64,000 nucleotides of DNA from an uncultured Desulfosarcina sp. Its GTDB lineage: Bacteria; Desulfobacterota; Desulfobacteria; Desulfobacterales; Desulfosarcinaceae. The position numbers and the translations under genes were made by a program. The stretch is taken from contig CAXXWQ010000004.1 of the NCBI GenBank assembly GCA_963674945.2, forward strand, positions 1,568,001 through 1,632,000, in the 5' to 3' direction. Below are positions 57,452-64,000 of this stretch, one piece after another. Below the pieces are notes generated by a model that worked only from the letters and a program-made list of their open reading frames with translations, did no database searches and was not told the DNA's origin. Within the stretch, counting starts at the first letter, position 1; every line of letters begins with the position of its first letter.

Positions 57452-58286
57452 CGCAAGAATCTCCTTTGCCGTCCTGGTCGGTGTCGGTCTGGTCGGGATT
57501 GGCCACATTTGGACAATTGTCACACGGGTCGCCGATGCCGTCGCCATCCAAATCGCCATTTTCGGAACTTTGCAGGTTGGGGCACCGATCCACGCCGGCA
57601 ATTCCGTCGTGGGCCTCGTCATAACCGTCGTTGTCATAGTCGTTGTCACACATATCACCCGAAATATCGCCGTTGAGATAATAGTCGCTATTCTCCTGAT
57701 TGGGATTCTCGTCGGTGATACAATTATCCAGAAGGTCCGGAATGCCGTCATTGTCATCGTCTGCGTCACAGACATTTCCCAGCCCGTCGTTATCGGGATC
57801 ATCTTCGTCAGGGAATAGAATCTGGTCTGCGTTCATGACGTCCGGGCAAGTATCCTCAGCATTGTCCACGCCGTCGCCGTCCCGGTCGGGGTCACAATCG
57901 TCTCCCAGTCCGTCGCCATCTGAATCGATGTTGTTTTCGGTGGCCAGTTGGGGACAATAATCACATGCGTTTCCGAAGGTATCACCATCGTCATTTTCGC
58001 TGGGATCGTTGGGTACGAAGATGCAGTTGTCGATTTCATCATTGTACCCATCGGCATCGATATCCTCTTGAACGGAAAAGAGCGGCCCCCAGGTATAGGA
58101 GACGATCAAAGGACCGCCCCCGGCGCCACCGCCGCCGACGCCTCCGGAAGGTGGTGCACCGCACTCGTTGTCCGGACATTCATCGAAAATATCATTCCAA
58201 TCCGGTGGATCCGCTGAAAACGTTTCGACACCGCAAACCAAAAGGCCAGCAATCATTATCGCAATATAAGCCAATCGTGTTTTCAT
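57444..58286 (-). CDS. Secreted thrombospondin type-3 repeat protein (MtsC-like)
   Basis: Signal peptide; ECGAPPSGGVGGGG segment; about ten DxDxDGxxD(x)CD/DNC repeats. Confidence 0.85.
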   Translation of the reverse strand: MKTRLAYIAIMIAGLLVCGVETFSADPPDWNDIFDECPDNECGAPPSGGVGGGGAGGGPLIVSYTWGPLFSVQEDIDADGYNDEIDNCIFVPNDPSENDDGDTFGNACDYCPQLATENNIDSDGDGLGDDCDPDRDGDGVDNAEDTCPDVMNADQILFPDEDDPDNDGLGNVCDADDDNDGIPDLLDNCITDENPNQENSDYYLNGDISGDMCDNDYDNDGYDEAHDGIAGVDRCPNLQSSENGDLDGDGIGDPCDNCPNVANPDQTDTDQDGKGDSCDA

Positions 58287-58305
58287 GGAGTCTCCTTCTT
58301 TTTCG

Positions 58306-59715
58306 TCATGGGGTCTGCCGGATCACAATGATTTCATTGTCTTCGTCAGCGTAGGTGCAAATGTGCGGTACCCCCAGTTCATTGAACCACAGCGTGTTGA
58401 ACCTGCCGGCACCGCCATACTCCTTGGCGCTCTCATGATTCCATTGCAACCCGTTAAATTCCGCATATTTTAAAAAGTGGTGAATCCGCCCCGAATGGGA
58501 CTGCTCGTCGAAATAGGCGATCGCCGGTTGACCTTCGGCGGTAAACGCCAACGAACAATGGGATCCGCACCACGTGGTTTCATCGACGACTTGATAGGTC
58601 CACTGCCCTCCCCGATTGGTCGCAAAGCGAAGATGGTGGCCGTTGTCCGGCTCGGGGTCCGGCAACCTCACGGCATAGGCAATGGCCAACGGTCGTTCGG
58701 CTTCAGGATTCTCCGGATCTTCGGGATAGAATGCGGCGCTGATACCGCCGATTTCCCAGCCATCGGGAAGGGCGTCCACAACTTCTCTGTGCCACTGTCC
58801 TGCCTCATCCTTATAAGCCATTTTAAGGGCGTAGGTGCCCATGAAATTCTCACCTCGTTCTCCATATACAAGGATGGGCAGATCCTGTTCGTCTAAGATC
58901 AACTGGCAATAGTCACCGACCGTATTGTGGATGCCATAAGTGCTGAAGGCATTTCCATCCACAAATTCTTCGATTTCGGCAAATTCTTCGATATTGTCTA
59001 TGGGTTGGGTCAGACGCGTGCGGTCCCAATAGGCATAGTAAAGATCGGGATACCGGAAATTTGCCGAATCCATGCCTTCGGTGAAGTACTGGTAGCAAAA
59101 ATGTATATTGCCCGAACGATCCACTTTAACGGACATGTTTTCGGTTATGTGGCCGTCCTGGTACACTGGGTTTCGTTCCACGAACCCGACGGCACCGGTG
59201 GATTCCTGCCAGGTTCCACCCACCAGCACATTCACCATTACATCGGCCTCCACCTGCTGAAGATAGTCGTTCACTTCGTAGGTGGGATAGATAAAAATCG
59301 CAGCGCCGTCTTCGTCCAATGCCATGTCGAATTGATCGCAGCGATCGAATCCGGGGACACCGGAAGGTGCCGGTCGATTATCGACCACATTCGCGACCCG
59401 ACTGTCGGTACTCGAATTCCAAACCAGGTGATGAAGCTGGTGATAGGAGACCTCCGTCGATTCCTGCACTGCGTCGTACCAGGCAAAATGGACATTGCCG
59501 GCATCCCCTGGCCTTGCCACGACATAGGGAACCGTAGTCCCGTTTTCCGACACCGTTTCGATGTGGATCGTCTGCCAATTGCTAGGGCGGCCTTCACTGT
59601 CGTACGGTTCCACCGGCGCATCGGGTCCCCCGCCACAAGCAGTGAGCGACAGCGCCATTGCAAACAGCGCGATGATAATGGAAAATGATTTATTGACTGG
59701 CCATGGCAAGTTCAT
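58306..59715 (-). CDS. Acidic lipoprotein, probable beta-propeller
   Basis: Lipobox LTAC; repeated W-xx-E-VVD and G-x-P-x-I-x-Y blade-like motifs. Confidence 0.7.
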   Translation of the reverse strand: MNLPWPVNKSFSIIIALFAMALSLTACGGGPDAPVEPYDSEGRPSNWQTIHIETVSENGTTVPYVVARPGDAGNVHFAWYDAVQESTEVSYHQLHHLVWNSSTDSRVANVVDNRPAPSGVPGFDRCDQFDMALDEDGAAIFIYPTYEVNDYLQQVEADVMVNVLVGGTWQESTGAVGFVERNPVYQDGHITENMSVKVDRSGNIHFCYQYFTEGMDSANFRYPDLYYAYWDRTRLTQPIDNIEEFAEIEEFVDGNAFSTYGIHNTVGDYCQLILDEQDLPILVYGERGENFMGTYALKMAYKDEAGQWHREVVDALPDGWEIGGISAAFYPEDPENPEAERPLAIAYAVRLPDPEPDNGHHLRFATNRGGQWTYQVVDETTWCGSHCSLAFTAEGQPAIAYFDEQSHSGRIHHFLKYAEFNGLQWNHESAKEYGGAGRFNTLWFNELGVPHICTYADEDNEIIVIRQTP

Positions 59716-62700
59716 TGTAAACGGCTCCTAATCGTGGATGAACACTGCCCTTCTCCGCATTGGTGGGCGAGATATTCTTGAGAAGGTCGGCGGCCTTTTC
59801 CAAATGTCCGTAATGTCTATAGATCCCTGCAAGGTTCATTCGCGCGGAGGCCAGCCGCTCATCGGCTTCCAGCGCACGTTTGAAGGTCTCCTTGGCAAGC
59901 TGATCCTTTCCGCAATACAGATGCGATAGCCCTACGAGATTCAGCAATTTGGCCTTTGTCTGCTTTTGTCCCCGATCCAGCTTGGGAAGTGCATTTCTCG
60001 CCACGAGACCGGCCTGCTGATAATCCCCCTTTTCCATGTAAATGCTGGCAAGTTGAAGCTGAAGACTTTCATCATCGGGCGTTTCAAGGAGTTTTTCGTA
60101 AAGTGCAAGAATGATCTGCTGCTCCATTCCATGAACACCAATTTCGGTGCTGGCTTGGCCACCGCCGATGCTTGCAAGAACGCCATCGCCTCCCTGCGGG
60201 TTGTCGGCGGGATAGAAGTAGCCACTCAGCGTTGGGTCACAGATTTCCCACTTGCGCGCCAATTCGACGCAGGTCTTTACATACTGGTGGGCCTTGGTCC
60301 TGTAGTCCTGTGCCTTTTGCCGGATCAAGTCTTTGTATTGGGCCTGCTGTTCTGGAGTAAGGTCCTTTGGAATGGGAGAGTTCTGTAGAAAATCAGCGAA
60401 CTCGGCATTTAACTCATTGGCGCGAAAACAGGCACGAAGTGCCCATGCCGGCGACTTGAAGGTCATCACATGCTGGTAATCCTCCTCCAGCTTTTTAAGC
60501 AGGGCCGCTTTTTGCTGAACGATTTTATTGTCGATCTGGTTCGTAAGGCGCAATTTGAAATAGGGTCCACTACTGCCTTTCACCTTTTGATAGGCCATCT
60601 CGGCCATCAGGTCACGTAAAATGGGATCTTCTTCACCCAATTGACTACGGTACGATTTTTCTGCTCTGCGACGATATTTATCGGCCTGTGAACGCCGGTC
60701 TGCCTGCATGTTGAGTACGGCAAGCTGTGCATCGGCGCGGACCTTTGCACCGGGAGAGAGCCGGTTTCGGTGTGAACCGAGAATTTGAATGGCCGATGCG
60801 GATTGGTCAAGCTCTTTCATGTTGTCGACCATGGCAAAAACAATTTCATCCGGAGAAACCGCGGATTGTTTGGGAAATGTCAGCAGGAGGCGGTAATTCT
60901 GATTGGCCTTGACGTACTGACCAAGCCCCTCACGAATCCGGGCGGCCTGAAGAAGAAAATTTGCACAATTCTTGTCCTTCGGGTATCGGCGGCATAAGGT
61001 TTCCAGGTGATCGGCCAGTGTGCGCAGCTGGCCGATGGAAATGGAAGTATTAATCAAGATTCCCAAGGTATCTTTCGCATTGGATGAATTCGGGTAGAGG
61101 TCGATCAGCTTGGTTCCGGCATCGAACAAAGTGGCCAAATCCTTTTTATCCTTGCTGGAAAGGATCAACGCATTTAAAGCCTGCTCTCCCATCTGCGTCT
61201 TCTCACTTTGGCCTGCCACCTGAATCAACTCACGCCTGGTCGTCTCCCAATCATCGTTGGCGGCCATAGTGATGCTGGAAACAACTCTTTCACCAGCACC
61301 TTGGACCATCTGGGCCACCTCCCCCTTAAGTTTGGCATCGTGTATGCCGGCATTGGCCAGGATCGTGTTGCCATACTGGATCATGCCATCATAATTTTCC
61401 ATCAGGTGATATGCGTCCATGACCAGATGAACGGCGGCCGGTGTTGCCTTGTGTGAGGGATAACGGTCAACGAATTCAGCCAGATCCTTTATGGCCAGTT
61501 CGAAATCACCGGCATCGTGGGAGACCCAAGCCACGTTGAACTGTACATCGGCTGCATAGCGGGAATCAGGATATTCACTGACGAAGGTTTTGCCTACACT
61601 TCTAAGACCATCGCGGGCGTATGCTGCCTGGTAATAATTTAGTTTGTCCTTATTTTTCAATGCGGTATAGTATGAGATGACAGAGCTGTAGAGGGTGTCT
61701 TTTCGCAGCTTGGCGTTCATCGTCGTAGCCGGTGTCACCTTCTCATATTGCTTGCCGGCTTCTAAGTACCGGCCTGCTGAAAAAAGGGCCTCGGCATAAT
61801 TGAGAGCCATCTCTTCGACAAAATCGGATTCCGTGAAAAAGTCTATGTATTGTGCATATGCATCTGCCGCGATTTCAAAATCCCGACGGGAATTGGTCTT
61901 GTTCGCCTTGGCATGCAAATGGGTAATGATATCCCGTGCGAAAATTTCGTAATCGTTGATCAGCTTGTTCTTTTCTTCCGTTCCCATGCGAACCGAGTAA
62001 ACCTGAGATGAAAGGGCCCTAACGATTATTCCCACATCCTTTTCTGCGTGCTGATAGGTCCCCATTGCCTGAACACTTTCGAAAATATACTTTGCATATT
62101 CGAGAAGTTTCTCCGGATCCTGTCGAACGAGAGCAAGCTCACGATATATGGGTGCGGCAAGCGACCATTTTTTCTTTACGTAGTAACGATATGCCAGTTT
62201 TTCCAATACCGTGGTATAGACCGGTCGGGACCAGGCATATTTTGAAAAGTAGGCCAACGCCTGTTCAGCCGTCGCCTTTTTGAATACTTCAGGATAGCAA
62301 AAGGCCAAATCGACAATCGATTCCAAACGGACGTCCACGCGGCGGTATGTATCGATATCGAGTTCCTTGGCTGCTTGAGGACTGGTAATGGAATCCTCGA
62401 AAAGCTTCATCGCGCCTTTAAAATCCTTTTGGTTGATTCGGCACCAGGCCAGTTTATATCGTGCCGCCGCAACTGCGGGACTCGATGGATATTTCAGCAC
62501 CGCCTCGTAGTGCCGGGTACTTGTATCGACATCCTGCTTTTGATTGAAGAAGTAATCTCCCAAGAGCAATTGGGACTCGGGTGCGTAGACGCTGTCCGGA
62601 AACTTTTTTAGAATAATGCGGTATTGCGCAATCATTTCATCTGTGCGGCCCAACTCATGAAACTCATGGGCCATAAAGAAGTAAACCTTGTCCAGGTATT

Positions 62701-63142
62701 GAAAGTCCGGATACTGGTTGATGATTCGCTGATAGATCTCAACGGCCTGGGTCTTCAGTGTATTTGCCTCGTACTGATCCAAAGCGCGCTCTTCGCCATG
62801 GTCATATTGACTTTTTCGTAAGAAATAGACCAACCGGGATTTCTCGATGTAAAGCTCTGCCAGACGCAAGTACAATTCCGGCAGGTAGGGACGATTTTTC
62901 GATCGGCTGATTAAGGTCTTTGTGTTATCGATGGCCAGATCGCATTTTCGTTTATCCTGTTCGAGCTTTACAATATACTGTTTTTTTTCCGCATCTGCGT
63001 CTTTTTCTTCGTACACATATTGCTCGGATTCTTTCGAATCGGTTTTCTCTCCCGAGAAAAAGAATGCCGATACAATTTGCGGCGTCACGAGCAATAATGT
63101 GACCAAAAGAAATAGCAGTTTGATTTTTTGATACGGTTTCAT
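59690..63142 (-). CDS. Giant exported TPR protein (GltD/AgmU-AgmK-like)
   Basis: Signal peptide; PELYLRLAELYIEKSR, LLLGDYFF, ARYKLAWC; TPR helices throughout; ATGA overlap with the upstream gene. Confidence 0.82.
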   Translation of the reverse strand: MKPYQKIKLLFLLVTLLLVTPQIVSAFFFSGEKTDSKESEQYVYEEKDADAEKKQYIVKLEQDKRKCDLAIDNTKTLISRSKNRPYLPELYLRLAELYIEKSRLVYFLRKSQYDHGEERALDQYEANTLKTQAVEIYQRIINQYPDFQYLDKVYFFMAHEFHELGRTDEMIAQYRIILKKFPDSVYAPESQLLLGDYFFNQKQDVDTSTRHYEAVLKYPSSPAVAAARYKLAWCRINQKDFKGAMKLFEDSITSPQAAKELDIDTYRRVDVRLESIVDLAFCYPEVFKKATAEQALAYFSKYAWSRPVYTTVLEKLAYRYYVKKKWSLAAPIYRELALVRQDPEKLLEYAKYIFESVQAMGTYQHAEKDVGIIVRALSSQVYSVRMGTEEKNKLINDYEIFARDIITHLHAKANKTNSRRDFEIAADAYAQYIDFFTESDFVEEMALNYAEALFSAGRYLEAGKQYEKVTPATTMNAKLRKDTLYSSVISYYTALKNKDKLNYYQAAYARDGLRSVGKTFVSEYPDSRYAADVQFNVAWVSHDAGDFELAIKDLAEFVDRYPSHKATPAAVHLVMDAYHLMENYDGMIQYGNTILANAGIHDAKLKGEVAQMVQGAGERVVSSITMAANDDWETTRRELIQVAGQSEKTQMGEQALNALILSSKDKKDLATLFDAGTKLIDLYPNSSNAKDTLGILINTSISIGQLRTLADHLETLCRRYPKDKNCANFLLQAARIREGLGQYVKANQNYRLLLTFPKQSAVSPDEIVFAMVDNMKELDQSASAIQILGSHRNRLSPGAKVRADAQLAVLNMQADRRSQADKYRRRAEKSYRSQLGEEDPILRDLMAEMAYQKVKGSSGPYFKLRLTNQIDNKIVQQKAALLKKLEEDYQHVMTFKSPAWALRACFRANELNAEFADFLQNSPIPKDLTPEQQAQYKDLIRQKAQDYRTKAHQYVKTCVELARKWEICDPTLSGYFYPADNPQGGDGVLASIGGGQASTEIGVHGMEQQIILALYEKLLETPDDESLQLQLASIYMEKGDYQQAGLVARNALPKLDRGQKQTKAKLLNLVGLSHLYCGKDQLAKETFKRALEADERLASARMNLAGIYRHYGHLEKAADLLKNISPTNAEKGSVHPRLGAVYNELAMASQ

Positions 63143-64000
63143 TTGAAAAATATATCCCATTCTTCGGCATTTTTGCACTTGTTGGGCAAGACGACCTCAT
63201 AATGATCCAATTCGTCGTTCCAAAACTCACCCTGAAACGCATAGATGGCTTTTCCATCCATTGATTTGCAATCTTTGGCCATCGCGTCATCTTCTTCGTC
63301 GTAGTGATAGGTGTGAACGCGCTGGTACATGTCGATACCGATCTCATATTCCATCAGATGGGCCTCTTCTTCGAATTGCAGCATGGAGTTGGCCATCACT
63401 TCATATTTATCACTCATTCGCTTTTTAAATTCACGCTCCATTTCCTCACGTTTGAGCGTGTACAGTTTATCGAGATACGCCTTTACCTCAGGGTCTGTAT
63501 ATTTTTGTGCAAGATCATGTTCTTTCTCCAGCAAATTCAAAAACCGCCACTCCCTTTGAATCACAGGTTTATTCAAAAGAACCAGCAGCATGGCCTGATT
63601 GTCATGGATGGGTTTACGTTGATAAATATGTTCCAGGGACTGACCATACCGGTCCTCGAATTTATCGAGGACCTTCATCGCGGTTTGATAGTGGCAAACA
63701 TCCTTATAGATAAATGATTTGAGGATATAAAACTCCGGTGTGAAGGCGTTGGTATAACTTGGTGCTTCGAAAGAGTAAAGAAGACCCATTGCACGCTCCG
63801 GGTTTCCCAATCGGTAGTGCACCCATGCACGCTCGAGGAGATTTTGAGATTGCTCGACGATGTTCATTTCGATCTGCTCGTAAAGCAGATCCGCGTCTTG
63901 GAAGTTTCCTTTCTCGTAATACAAGCGAGCCAACGTTTTTCGTGCATCATCCTTAAGCGGGTCCCCGTCTTCCAGCTTACGGAGTACCTTTTTTAACAAG
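63139..64000 (-). CDS. GltC-like TPR protein, C-terminal part (5' end outside window)
   Basis: ERAWVHY...APSYTNAFTPEFYILKSFIYKDVCHY and terminal YAFQGEFWNDELDHY motif. Confidence 0.72.
   Translation of the reverse strand, partial: LLKKVLRKLEDGDPLKDDARKTLARLYYEKGNFQDADLLYEQIEMNIVEQSQNLLERAWVHYRLGNPERAMGLLYSFEAPSYTNAFTPEFYILKSFIYKDVCHYQTAMKVLDKFEDRYGQSLEHIYQRKPIHDNQAMLLVLLNKPVIQREWRFLNLLEKEHDLAQKYTDPEVKAYLDKLYTLKREEMEREFKKRMSDKYEVMANSMLQFEEEAHLMEYEIGIDMYQRVHTYHYDEEDDAMAKDCKSMDGKAIYAFQGEFWNDELDHYEVVLPNKCKNAEEWDIFFK

Noticed and set aside
57452..57802. N-terminal extension of the VWA ORF in the track
   Set aside because: Alternate frame of the TSP3 gene; the real start is ATG 57451, which gives a signal peptide and lipobox

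Overview
A 64-kb chromosomal window from an anaerobic deltaproteobacterial sulfate reducer; qrcABCD and the gene content suggest Desulfobacterales (inference). In order: a TPP-riboswitch-controlled thiS-G-H-F-C operon; a divergent murA; a diheme cytochrome c lipoprotein; a large GAF protein with cyclase-like motifs; qrcABCD followed by a 54-aa membrane ORF absent from the ORF track; a GldA/F/G-type ABC module with a DUF4340-like protein; an M16 peptidase; a histone-like winged-helix protein; ppiD; tRNA-Ala(GGC); and a complete ISNCY-type IS with target duplication. A long minus-strand run follows, with a CoA-transferase-GNAT fusion, VKOR, USP, an OYE-type reductase, a 1587-aa PlsA/Ger-like activase fusion, outer-membrane proteins and a glycan locus that includes a 1927-aa sulfotransferase/20x38-aa-repeat/GT4 protein. 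The right end holds a tightly packed operon resembling myxobacterial Glt/Mts surface machinery (GltC-like and giant TPR proteins, a lipoprotein, a thrombospondin-3 repeat protein, a VWA lipoprotein and a PPC-repeat lipoprotein), which is the best candidate for an undescribed system. Several intergenic regions carry 7/8/9-nt periodic, partly inverted repeats. All family assignments come from motif recognition; no database search was run.
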